Below, one piece after another: positions 41,108 to 53,157 of a stretch of DNA of 64,000 bases. This stretch comes from Carcharhinus longimanus (lineage: Eukaryota), in the NCBI GenBank assembly GCA_030264375.1, contig JASCQW010000162.1, positions 95,940,558 to 96,004,557 on the forward strand, read 5' to 3'. The notes beneath the pieces were generated by a model. That model did no database searches. It was not told the DNA's origin and saw only the letters and a list, made by a program, of their open reading frames with translations. Both the position numbers and the translations under genes were made by a program. Position 1 is the stretch's first letter, and the number at the start of each line of letters is the position of its first letter.

Positions 41108-41900
41108 ACCAACGGCCCGATTTTACCAATGCTTTGCGTGAGGCAAGTGACACAATCTGCCCTGGCCTCTGCACCGTTCCCCCTTTACCAAGGCCTGAAA
41201 ATAGCCACGATTGGGACTGTGCCTGAAATGGGTGCAATGGCAATTAAAAATATTTGCACGCATTTAAATTGACTTAATGGGTTGCATGCCCAACTTTACA
41301 AGCACTNNNNNNNNNNNNNNNNNNNNNNNNNNNNNNNNNNNNNNNNNNNNNNNNNNNNNNNNNNNNNNNNNNNNNNNNNNNNNNNNNNNNNNNNNNNNNN
41401 NNNNNNNNNNNNNNNNNNNNNNNNNNNNNNNNNNNNNNNNNNNNNNNNNNNNNNNNNNNNNNNNNNNNNNNNNNNNNNNNNNNNNNNNNNNNNNNNNNNN
41501 NNNNNNNNNNNNNNNNNNNNNNNNNNNNNNNNNNNNNNNNNNNNNNNNNNNNAGAGAGAGAGAGAGGAATGGTGAAATAAGGGCGTCAGTAATGCTGTGG
41601 AGATGTCTGTGGGGGTCAAGGGGATACATTATCCAGCCCAGGAGGGATATAGCAGAGGAGCCGCATTTTATCATTTCTTTTCTGCGCATGCACAGTTGGG
41701 GGCACCGATTGGAGCTGCGGGGTTTCGGGCGTGTTAAGTCTCGCCCACAGGCTTCTGCAGCACAATTTGGAATCGCTGATATTTTTTCAGGCAGAGTGTA
41801 AATGGGGGTGCCTCAGAATAAGTCTAAAAGTCAGATCTGAAACACTCCCACTTTCAAGTTTGCTCAGCACTTATGGCCCTATTTTACCATTTTGATTCTA
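41108..41900. mobile_element. GC-rich MITE-like element containing a gap and a (GA)n tract
   Basis: ggcccgattttacca start, with a related ggccctattttacca at ~41875; internal ctgcgcatgc; N gap at 41307-41552. Confidence 0.5.
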
Positions 41901-43649
41901 TGTCACACATAGTAAATTAGGTATTCAGGCACAGGGAAAGAAGCATCACTAGTCCACGAAAATCTAAAGGCCAGGTAGATGTCACAGTACTGTCTGTGTA
42001 TAAATCCTTTTTTTTCTTGAGGTTCTGTTCTTTTGGCCAGATCCGAATCAGAGCAGGGTTCTTCACTTCCTTTCTAGAACTTATCCATTGCAAACTATGA
42101 TCAAACATACAATACGGTAAAGTCCCTCAAGCTCATTTCTTTGACCGTACCAAAGTGTATCCTTGTCCCAATATCATGCAACAGAATTACCAGCTTTCAG
42201 TTGCCTTCACGGATTTTTGCAGCATCTTTTGGGGTCCCTTCGACTACTAGAGTTTCTCCCAAGCCCACCTCACTTCTCTTTGTAGTCCTTTCTCTAATTG
42301 GTGCTGTTTTTCCTTTTCTTAACTTTATTCCTTCCTGTCTCTTAGCCCGATGTTCTTCCCTTTCTGAGAATTCTGTTTTTTATTTCTCTTTCTATCCTGT
42401 TTTTTTTTAACCTCTCCCTCACTTCTTCTAGACTTTTTGCAGCTCGTTTGCGCATATGCCTGACCAGTGTAAAAAAATCTGAAGCATGCACATGTGGCAC
42501 CCTTTCCTGGCCAGCACAGGCATGGAAAGTCTAAGGTTCATCAGGACTTGGAGATGCCAACCATGGAGCTGAAAACGAAGATTAGATTTATATTACTCAC
42601 ATCAATTTTGAATCTTGTTCCATGGCACACCAATTGTTATGGCACCCAGGGTGGGAACTTCTGCTGTATGTAGTCTTAAAAAAGCTCAATTTTGTGTCCT
42701 GTTTGCCAATTTTGCCGACGAAGCAGCACAATTACATTTGGCAAATTAAATTTTTTATGAGCTTTCCATGGAGTGAACCATTGATCCAAACTGACTAAAC
42801 ATGTGGCTATATCAGCATAAATCTTTGGAAAGACAGCAGGTAGGGTTCTCCATTGTATTTTAGAACTGTAATTGAGCAGTTGAGGATGTGAAATCATTTG
42901 AGGAACCATTTTCCCTGCTCTTTTAAATCACTGAGACGTCCTGCCAGATGTTAACAAGTGTGGTGCAATAGTAGCTGGACATCAGGCATTACAATTCCGT
43001 CAATCCTGCTATAGCAATGCTGAATGCAACTAATGTCCTGAGAATGCACTGGTTATCACCTATGGAGAGGCAGGATTAGACAAAGTTTTTAAAGATGCAA
43101 GGAAAAAAGGAAAGAAAGCCATTTAATACGAGTGTTATAGCAAACAGATTCAAGATGGTTAAAGACTATTCCTCAGAGTAGAACAAGAGGAAGAAGAAAT
43201 GCTCAGCTGATCATCACAAGAAGTGATTGATTGGCAACATCAGTGAACAAAAGAGCTTTCCAATATGTGAATGCAATGTAGCTAATCGTGTAACAACTTT
43301 TGGTCCAGAGGTTTAATTAAAAACAGTATTTCGGACAGAAAATAATCCAACATACTCCAATAATCATATTACAAAGATGAGCTTCCTAAAGTGCATTTTG
43401 AGAGAAAGCATGTGACTATTAAAAAAAACACAAGGTATGATTGTAACAACTATGAACTTGCCAATATGTGCAACTGTCTATTTGTAAAACTCTCAACAAG
43501 GCATTGCACTCAATCATTTTCAAACCAAGCATGATTTAAATGATGTAGTGAATTGACAACTGTGACCATGTCTAAAAAGTGAAGAAAGACAGGGGCTTGT
43601 AAAGGAGGGCCATTTCATGATTATGAAGGATAAGAACCTCGTGCAACAG

Positions 43650-45430
43650 AAACCCTTGCTTTCTGTTTCAAGTGGTAGATAAAATAGCTTCTGCTCTCGA
43701 GCCTTAATGCACAAAAGATGACATTAGAGGTCACATGGGTATGACAAGCCCAATGCAATCCACAAAGACACTTCTCCAAACAAGCCCCTTTTCATCAGAA
43801 ACAACAGAGATTACACAACTATTTACAGTTTTAAGTCAGGCACATACATGGTCTACAAATAAAATAATCAAGTATGTACAGAAAACTGTCTGTTCATTTG
43901 CATCTGTGCCGCTTGCGTCTGTTCCAACATACACATTGCACAAATAGGCCCAGAATTTTGACCTGGGGTTGGGTTTGTAGAGGTTTCTTGGCTCAATGTT
44001 AAAACGTCCATCTGCAGGCTGGATCTTCTGTCGGGGGCGGGAGGATGGGGGGTTGGTGGTGAAGGTGGGTTGAAATAAGAGTTGGGGCAGACAACACTGC
44101 AACCAGTGCAGTCCACTAAATCTCATCCACGCAAAACAATGCATTCTTTAACAGTAATCTTTCCAATCGTCACAAACCATTTGTTTCCCTCAAGATTGGA
44201 GGATGCCAACCTACTCTAGGATGCAGAGTAATTCAGCAGGAATATTGTCCGACATCTCTCCAGCAACCATCTTTATGCTTTAATTCTTTCCAATGAAAAA
44301 CTTGTGTGCAAAGTGAGTTAGATTCTTGCAGATAGGCCACTGAATTCTCTACATTGGAGATGTTTCCTTTTCTTGTATGGGTGTCCTCTCCAATATTTAC
44401 ATCCAGTTCTCTGTCCTGAACCCTTCTGTAAATAGTTCTTCCTTATCTCCATTGTGTTGTGCTCGGGAGGCCTGAACTGCCTCCCATCATAGAACAGGGC
44501 CATATCAGTTCTCCCATCAATATTCTTCATCTGATGATTCTCCACTTTGGAGTTCTGCACATGTCAATAGCTTTTTCGAGAGTAAGTTTCTCATCTCTCA
44601 GTAGGATCTCTTGCTTGCAAGACAATCCTATCTCTAAGCAGATCATCCTTCAGTGGTTCACTCACCAAATTCAGCAGGAGGTCTCAATGGGGGTCATGTA
44701 CTGATCAAAATTGTCCCCCTCTCCCTGAGCACTGGTGTTGAACCAGTGGTATTCATGAGTAACATCAGTAGAGGGCTCAAAGTGGGCCATGGCTTCCAAA
44801 ATTTCAAAAGACAGGATTTTCTGCTCCTCATTGAGGTCTAGAGCGCAATTTCTCGAACACTGACAAGGTTGTGCAGGATGGGTGGATTGGCCATGCTGAA
44901 TTTCCCCTTAGTGTCCAAAGATGTGTAGGTTAGGTGGATTAAACATGATAAATGTGCTTGGGGTTACAGAGATAGTGCAGAGGGGAGGACCTGGGTGAGA
45001 TGCTCTTTCAGAGAATCAGTGTAGACTCAATTGGATGTAGAGATTCTATGGTTCTACTTTTTTTTGTTCAGGTATCTTGTTATCATAGTTTCTCATAGTT
45101 CTTTCATGGAGACTGGAAGAATTTACAATTTATTTTCAAATCTCCCTTCATCTCGATAGGACTGGTGCTGGAATATTTAAAGCCACACAGGCACACCCAA
45201 CAGTCAATGTCCTGTACAAAGTTGGAGACTGAAATTTGATTACTCTGCTGTTTCTTAGTGGCTGACTTTCTTCCAGCTACCAAAATCTACTCAATTTCAA
45301 CTGCACACTCCATGATAGCAGACTTCTACTCTCAAGCCTTTGTACACAAAATGATGACAGAGGTCATATGACAATGACAAGACACAGTGCACAAAGACAC
45401 CTTTCCAAACACTTGCCTTGTGGGGCCTGG
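43650..45430 (-). mobile_element. Internally deleted Gypsy-type LTR element (LTR pair plus gag remnant), with a SINE and a MITE nested inside
   Basis: Direct repeats ~43685-43790 and ~45320-45420 (ttct.ctctc.agcctt..t.cacaaaa..gatgaca..gaggtca.atg..atgacaag..cacaaagacac.t.tccaaaca). Minus-strand TGGTAGC PBS-like site at ~45275-45281. Gag-like remnants WFNTSAQGEGDNFDQY, DDLLRDRIV and LLRDEKLTLEKAIDMCR (44550-44760) and a decayed zinc-knuckle region (~44305-44410). Confidence 0.72.
44868..45055 (+). mobile_element. HE1-like SINE 3' half
   Basis: gtggattggccatgctgaattt...gtccaaagatgtgtaggttaggtggatt...gagattctatggttcta. Confidence 0.8.
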
Positions 45431-48264
45431 AAAAATAATTCTGCTCCTAGCCACACTATGGAAAGTTTTTGACATCTCACCTAATCATCATATATGAGTG
45501 AGGCCTCCTGCCTGAGTCAGACGAGTCTTTGACCGCCGAAAATAAAGGGACCAATTAAGGAGTTAACTAAGAAATTGACCTTTGATTGGCCAGTTTAATA
45601 GTAATCTGTACAAATTAACAAATGACCATAGTGCAAACAGGTCACTGCTTGACATACAAAAAACAACACAAGAAGCAGCTTTACTAAATAGATATTATTG
45701 CCAGAAGTCCGTCCGTGAAAAAAAATGTATCTAGACAAGTATTTATTCTCAGTGAACAAAGCACAATAATGTCTATTACTTTCTTTGTAAACACTGTTCA
45801 AAAAAAAACTTTGTGCTGATCATGCGAAACTATGTACCACCAGGTAAGATATCATCAATACCTCCTCAATCCTTTCACATACAGCACACTTTTCCATTAT
45901 ATATTTGAAAACTATCCATGCTATACAATATTCTATAAGGTTTCTATTCAACCTGGAAGTTCTGACTAAACTTTCATATAGTGCTGCCTCTTTTTTAAGT
46001 TTTCACATTTTTTTAATATAATTACACAATCTAGATGCTCTCTGATAACTTGGCCACGTAACCAATATCCAAAAGTATAGGCTGTCTTTCAATCAGCTAC
46101 TTGACCATGAATACCACCAGGATCTTTTTCTTACCTGTTATTTCAACATGTATACTTCAAACAGGAGGTGCTGGACATGAATGAGCAGCTCTTGACTCCT
46201 CCCTGCCATAACACCACCTGGGCTCAGACAAGCTAACTTGGAATAGGCCAAAAATTGGACCTGGAACTGTCTTGGTCTATGTGGAGAAGCGATGCGTTGT
46301 CTGAACCATCTAACACACAGGAGCTTCATGCCGGGAATTGGTTCAGCACGCTGGGGTGGCTTTTCAGGCATCATGGATCCACATGGAACAGAGGCAGATG
46401 GAGCCCAGAAGTACCAGTGCCAGCTGGCATGCCCATTTCCCAAATCTGTTCCTGGCACAAGGAACTTTTGTTGAGGTGGGGTCAGAGGGTTAGCTGTCTC
46501 CACGAAGCCTGCAGCCAAATGGACTTGTTAAAGGCTTAGTTAACAACAGTTAAAAGGAGACTGGATATTGTACTTGTTTTTATTGAACTTTTTTAAAAAG
46601 TTGGTGTGACAGCATCTCCATGTGGAAGGGCCCTCTTAGTTACTTGCAATCCACTGCAACCTGCTGCTCCTGTCATGTTGAAAGGTCCCACCATGCTTAA
46701 TTGGATAAGGAATCTGTCTTCATAAGTGGTTGCCTCTGTGAAAACCTTTAAGAGTGACTGTTTGGACCTCAAGGTGAGTTCAGAGTTTGGAAATAATTCT
46801 AACTCCTCTTTCCTTTCTCCGGAGGGAAAATCCAGCCTTCCCAATATTTTAGCTTTGAAACTCAATTGTAGATATTTTTTATCAATCTTTGACATCAAAA
46901 ACTCCTCCGACCCCCCAATCCCACACTCACAGACACCCTTACAACCCTTTTGACACAAACGTCAAAATAACTTATTGGGATTCCACTGTAGTTATATTAT
47001 AAAGTTCCAGCTGCAGGAATTTGAGGTTTTACTACCAACAGACAGGATTGTAGTGGTAATTAGGATGAATAAAATATTCAAAACCTGTGACCAACTTCAG
47101 TTGAAACAAAAATAGCACACACTTGTTTGAGAATTCTGGTCTTAAGTATTGCCCAGTTCATACGATTCTTACTTACTTAGCAGGTCCTTTTGCTAAGGAA
47201 CAAAATGGAAATTACAGCAAAGTAAAATTCAAAACATGTCAAGTTGCTTTACCTTGCTGTTTCTCAGTTTCTCTCATTCAAGTGAAACTTGTCATGTCTG
47301 ATTTTACAAAGCTGATTACAGGTTTCAGACAAAATGGAAACAGAACAACACAAATCTTATTGTTTAAAGGTGAAACTGTGCATCATTTGAAGCATTCAAT
47401 GAAAAAAATCCCTTCAAAATAAGAATATTAAACAGAGGTAGAGATCAGGATGGAATCTTTCTGGAATTTTTTTGGGACAAGCTTCAGAAATGATAAAATT
47501 GATCAAAGATCTAATGCACAGAGCAGATAAATAACAGACCTATGTATAATAGTATTCAGCCACTGTGAAATTAACCTTGTTGTGCAGTTGTTTTTAATTT
47601 GTGCTTTTGTATTCTAAGTGAAACAAATGATCAAAATCCGAACATTTCAAGTGACAGTTCAAATATTTGAATCAAGATGCAGATTCACAACAAGAACAAT
47701 CAAAATTCTTGTATTACACAAATGGAGATCCTGTGGTCATTAGGAAGGTATTTACTCTATCCCCTATAATAGGGAGATACTAACAAGCTCCTGTAGTTCC
47801 TTGTCTGATGAAGAATCAGGTTGATTAGAAGATGTCAACTCATTGGAGGAAATTGGATTAAATGTGACCACTGGCAAAGAGTTGAAAGCCCAGCATGTAT
47901 TAGATAGTGCAGTCATTTCTGTGAAGAGCTTCAATTCAGGGCAGCTGATAAAAAGTACTTGCCGAAAAATAACTTTGAAAATGAATGCAACAGCTGTATT
48001 GGAATCAAATTTGCCCTGTTATCATTTTCAAGGACAATGCACTGTAGCAAATATATATTTGCTTTTAATTTCAACCAATCATTAACTGTTAGGATTGAAA
48101 AATATTTATACTGTGCATAATTCTCCTGCTGTTCATCTGGTTAATCTAAAATAGGGAGAATATTATTCTCTTTGTTAGCTTAATGAACATCTCTTCAAAA
48201 AGTCTGATATCTTGGGTAATACACAGTCTGATCAGGAATATAGATGTAAAGGATTAAGCTATAC

Positions 48265-48514
48265 CTTGAGGACTTCCATTGGCACCTGGGTATTTGTGGG
48301 TAGGCTGGTGGGGACGCTGACGTTGATGGCCTGTGTCTGGCTGACTGGCACTCGTTGCTGAATGAACTGTGCTGCCTGCTGCTGCTGCTGCTGTTCTCGT
48401 CGTTCTTGCTCTTGCATTTGCTCGCGCATGAGCTGCTGTCGTAGCAGTATTCGTGATGTCATATTGGAGGAGGTTAATGGGGGTTTAGCTGATCCTTGCG
48501 GCTCTGATGAATTG
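48265..48514 (-). CDS. MITF: Internal coding exon of microphthalmia-associated transcription factor (exon 1B/1B1b equivalent; N-terminal Rag-GTPase-binding, Q-rich region)
   Basis: Translates as (x)NSSEPQGSAKPPLTSSNMTSRILLRQQLMREQMQEQERREQQQQQQAAQFIQQRVPVSQTQAINVSVPTSLPTNTQVPMEVLK. This closely matches human MITF-A as I recall it (SSAEHPGASKPPISSSSMTSRILLRQQLMREQMQEQERREQQQKLQAAQFMQQRVPVSQTPAINVSVPTTLPSATQVPMEVLK) and is much closer to MITF than to TFEB or TFE3. Minus-strand acceptor is ttggtttccaccacag|C (phase 2) and donor is AAG|gtatag (phase 0); length is 250 nt. Confidence 0.95.
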
Positions 48515-49477
48515 CTGTGGTGGAAACCAATAATGGAGAAAACAGGCTTCTATTAGATTCTGACAACAGATGAGCAGAAAAAAATATGCTTGTTAGCTAC
48601 AGAACACGATTCAGTGTGCTAGTGATTGAGATTATTATTGACACAAAGTTAAGAGCTGGCACACACAGTTTGACAATATGCAGCGTACACGCTTCCAAGG
48701 TAATTTTTTAATACTTAAACCATAATAAGTTGAATAGCTGCTAAGAGTCAAAGGAAATCTTCACATGGTTAAATGTAAAAGCTGAATGTGTGTTTTAACT
48801 TTTTCTCAGGGAATTGCAATAAAATGACAAATGTATGTGTTTTCTGCTCTGGGATCCATGTGCATTGATATCTGCAGTTGTCTTACCCAATAAACCAGAA
48901 TCCCTTCACATGGCTCTTTAAAACATTATATAAACTACAATACAAAGTTGAGCCTAGTCAAAGCAAATCAGACCTTCCTTCTCTTTCATCCCTTGAATTA
49001 AAGTTAAGATGTGGGGAAAGAGTGGGGCAAGTGTGACTAATTTGGTTAATTCTTTCATAGAGCTGGCACAGGCTAGGGGGCTGGCTGACCTCCTTCAGTG
49101 CTGCATCATTCTACAACAGACAGGCCATCCAAAATATCAGAATATTCCTATAGAGCAGCTGATCTTTAACAAACAGTGAGAAGGTATTCAATGTTGCCTT
49201 CTAACCTGTTATTTCATTGATGACTTATGTTTCAAACCTGAGAAGCCTCCTGAAATTAAAAAACTTAAAAGCCCGTAAATACTCTAAATGGCAAAAGCCA
49301 GAAGTATTCATGGGTCATTTAAATGATGACAACTGCCTTCTCTAGAGTAAAGCGTGAACTTTAAAAGCTGCAAAGTGCTCAGTACAAATTCAAAGAGGAA
49401 GTAGCAGACTAAAGAACCTTTGAAGGACCTTTTCAAATATTATACTGGAGCAATAACCATTTTAATTACATGAACAT

Positions 49478-49802
49478 GGGCAGCATGGTGGCACAGTGGT
49501 TAGCACTGCTGCTTCAGCGCTCGAAACCCGGGTTCAATTCCCGGCTTGGGTCACTGTCTGTGTGGAGTTTGCACATTCTCCCCATTGTCTGCATGGGCTT
49601 CCTCCAGGCGCTCCAGTTTCCTTCCACAGTCCAAAGGTGTGTAGGTTAGTTGGATTGGTCATGCTAAATTGCTCCTCAGTGTCAGAGAAATTAGCAGGGT
49701 AAATACATAGGGTTAATGGAATATGGCCTAGGTGAGATTGTGGTTAGTGTAGATTTGATGGGCCGAATAGCCTCCTTCTGCATTGTATGATGCTATGAAT
49801 CT
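49478..49802 (+). mobile_element. Full-length HE1-like V-SINE with a probable 8-bp TSD
   Basis: gggcagcatggtggcacagtggttagcactgctg...ggttcaattcc...tail tatgatgctatgaatct. Flanked by ATGAACAT at 49470-49477 and 49803-49810, though the second copy overlaps the tail repeat. Confidence 0.9.
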
Positions 49803-50329
49803 ATGAACATACAATATTCTCAGCTTCACTCAGTATGAATGGAAATATTCTGTTCTGAAACAGTTAAACTAAGTATCAAAACAATTCTGTAGGACACAGT
49901 AATCCGATAGTCAGGTTAACCTCTGTCAATTATGTGCTACAAATACTGCTAACAGAGAACAGATATTAAGTTCAGTTACAAACCTCACATTAAAGCTAGA
50001 TAAGGCAAGCTTTATTCTGCACAGGCGTGGCTATCAACAATCCAAAACATTTCAGGTACATAGGGCGATTTTGACTTCCGTGAGGTCTGACAGCAAGAAA
50101 TGTCATTTTAACAGTCAGGTCTCAATAATATGCTAACATCAACCAAAGAGGCCAAGAGGAACTTCCCCAACCATTAAAATTGTTTGTCCGGAAGATACTG
50201 CAGGGGAAGGATGCTTAGCATGAAAAGTAGGGAATGGCTGGGTTTTGGGGATGGGTGAGGGGTGGGTGTGTTGGCAGGATGTGATACTACACATCCTGCT
50301 GGAGTGAACAGGGGAGCAATAAGGGGCAT

Positions 50330-50955
50330 CACCAAAGGGTCAGTTGACAAGGCGGTTGCCCCCAGGCATCGGCACTTCGGCAGTACAAGACTGGGCACAC
50401 TCATACTGCCCAGGGGGCACCTTGGCACTGCCCTCTGGGCTGTGAGCAGTGTCAAGACAGCAGGGGCTGATGGGGGAAGGGCCTATGGGGCAATCGGTGG
50501 GGTGGGGGGACCTGCTGCCATTCTGCATTTGGGATTGCAAACCAAGGGCGAGAGTCCGGCACCCACACTGCCGTGGGGTGGGGGGGGTACTGNNNNGATC
50601 GAGGCTAGTGGGAGGGGGACAGAGTGGGGTTGGGACCGGGCCTGGGCACGACTGGGGACCAGCAATCAGGCCTCGGGGGGGAAAAGAGGGGGGCCCACAG
50701 TGCGGAGATCACATGGTTGGCCAGCGATCGGGAGACTGGCAGACAGGAGCAGCCATCTCGGTGCTGACAGATTGCTGCACGTGCAGTGGCCTGCTCAGCG
50801 CTATGCTGCCGGTGTCTCCAGTGGAAGTAGACCCCGCCTCCTGATTTTTAACAGGATTTACACTAGTGCAGTGCAGTGCACAAAGTGTGGGAGATTCTTC
50901 TCTGAACTCCCACTGAAAAAATAGCATGGTTTATTCCAGTTTTCACACAACTAAC
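50330..50955. mobile_element. Second copy of the 37306-38274 MITE family, inverted
   Basis: The reverse complement of 50720-50950 aligns to 37345-37560 (e.g. ttccactggagacaccggcagcatagcgctgag vs ttccgctggagaggccggcagcagagtgctgaa; gggagttcagagaagaatctcccacac). Confidence 0.8.
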
Positions 50956-51029
50956 TTTGTGTGATTAACTTGCAACACCTCAAAGCTCGCCCACCACAAA
51001 TATTGCACAAATAAGGGGTTTAAGGCAGC

Positions 51030-51480
51030 TCTAGCACTCAACAAACTCAAATACATTGAGCTTAAAGCAGTCTGCTTGATCAATACTCTCATCAGCACAA
51101 AATGACAGCAATGTGAAACACCTACAAGATGCACATCTACAAAATGCACTGCAGCATCTCACCAAGGCACCCTCAACAGTACTTTCTAAGGTAGCAAACT
51201 CTTCCATCTAGAAGAACAAGATAGCATGGGGAACAGTGCCAGTTGCAACTTCTCCTCTAAGCCACACACTATCCTGACTTGGAACTATATCGCAAACCTT
51301 TGATTATCACTGGGTCACAATCCTGGAATGCCTTCCCCAACAGCACTGTAGTCATATCTACAGCACACAGACTGCAGCAGTTCAAGAAATTGGCTCACCA
51401 CCACATTCTCTGAAGCAATTAAGGATGGGCAGCAAATGCTGGCATTGCCAGTGATGCTCACATCCCATGTATGAATAAGA
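51030..51480 (+). mobile_element. LINE 3' fragment
   Basis: catctacaaaatgcactgcagc...gactgcagcagttcaagaaattggctcaccacc...ggatgggcagcaaatgctggc tail. Confidence 0.8.
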
Positions 51481-52460
51481 AGAATGGATCATTGAGTGGG
51501 GCAATGTCATCTATTCACCCCTGCAACCAAGTAATCTTGCATGGCTCGAACAAGCGGAAGATATTTTAAAACATATATACGATGGGGAGAGGAATAAAGG
51601 TAAAGTACATCATATTCTTATGAATGAACCATTAATTAATTTGAAAAAATATTTATCAAGATATTTTTAGAAAAACATTTAGGATATCAGGTATATATTC
51701 CAAACAGAGGTTTGCCTGTAAATGCATTTGTCAGAAGGACCGACGCTCACCAATGGAAATTTCCAAACAAATCTCCAGCAGAGAAGCTGATGTTTATGGT
51801 GTGAATTAAATTACCCACCAAGAGTTTGAAATGGAATGCATTTTACTATGTATACCAGTAGCATATTGGCTTTAGTGCAGAGGTCCAATTAAGACATAAC
51901 CCATTGTGAGGCATTCGGTCCTGATCTGTCTTCAGTTATTAAGCCATAAACTCAAAGATCTGCATGCACAAAGTATTTGATCATCATTAACATGGGCAAT
52001 ATTATACTTGAGCTACTTTCTGGTATAACCCTACACTATGTTCAAGCATTACAAATTGAGAATTCTGTTTCCTTTTTTATATTTGCTGATTCATTCACAA
52101 AAATCACAAATTTTGACAGGCCAGATGATGTGTCATCTACAGCATTGTTTCACATAAATCATTTCCTTCCGATGCCACAGTCATCCTTACAGACTTTGAA
52201 CAGTGCTCGACATTTCTAATTTTACAGATGACAGCAGCAAAATAATTAAAACTATTCTCCTGTGGTCAATTACCACATGGAAATCTTTAAAAGAAAACCT
52301 GCATTCTAAGGCAGTAAAGCGAATGTATAAACCGATACACATGTTTCAAACACATTCATTTTTATAGGTCATACAGGAAATGACGTTGTATTACGTAGAA
52401 TCTATTTTAAAATACTTTTATACAGCACCTTGAAATTAGATGAAAACGTCCAGGTCAAAA

Positions 52461-53157
52461 TGTAAAACTGTTGATTTTATATGTCTATACGATGGGACAA
52501 TCTTGTTTACACCCACAGGATTCAATATGTCCAAGGAGGGACAGATGATGTGAGGAGGTGAGAATGGCTGAAGAACCCAGAGGGGAGGACAGCCTGCTCA
52601 GCAACTGGAAAAACAGCAAAAGGAGACTGCTATGGACAGCCATCAGCACAGAAGTGCTGAAACGACATGGGGCGGGGCAGGGCGGGGCGGGAGCTCAGTT
52701 GGAGAAGAGGACCATTATGGGTGGAAGAGAAGACAGTGAGAGTGAGGAGAGAGGAAAGCATGGAAAGAAAGACTGTCACTTATGTATGTTGGAACATTTT
52801 GATCCAGTGATGAACAAAGAACATCAATCAGCTGGCATTTTTAAGGAAGGATATTGAGTGGCTCAGAGGGAAATCAAAGAACAATATTTTCCTACTGGTG
52901 ATCCTAAAGCAGGTGTTGGATGTCTAAATGCCATATCAAGAGCCATGTGCTTATTTTAGTCAGGTATCTATACACAGCTGAGGTAATCAGAAAGTTTACT
53001 TTGTTCTGATAATAATCCTTTATTCTGTTGTCACTTGCAAATTATTTGTTTACAATTTATGCGATTAAACCATGAGTTTTTTTTACATTAAAGGAAGCAA
53101 AAGTAATAACATATTTAACCCAACTCGTAGCTTTTAAAAATGTTTCCTTATATAACA
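52461..53157. mobile_element. Possible solo LTR
   Basis: TGT...TAACA ends, a purine-rich interior and an AT-rich 3' part; no TSD detected. Confidence 0.3.

Noticed and set aside
41264-41801. ORFs spanning X runs
   Set aside because: These are artefacts of N gaps (also 3912-3975, 14924-15023, 17332-17431 and 33699-33798).
50262-50924. 220-aa and overlapping ORFs; similar ORFs at 37287-38100
   Set aside because: These arise from stop-poor, GC-rich MITE interiors and have no transposase motifs.
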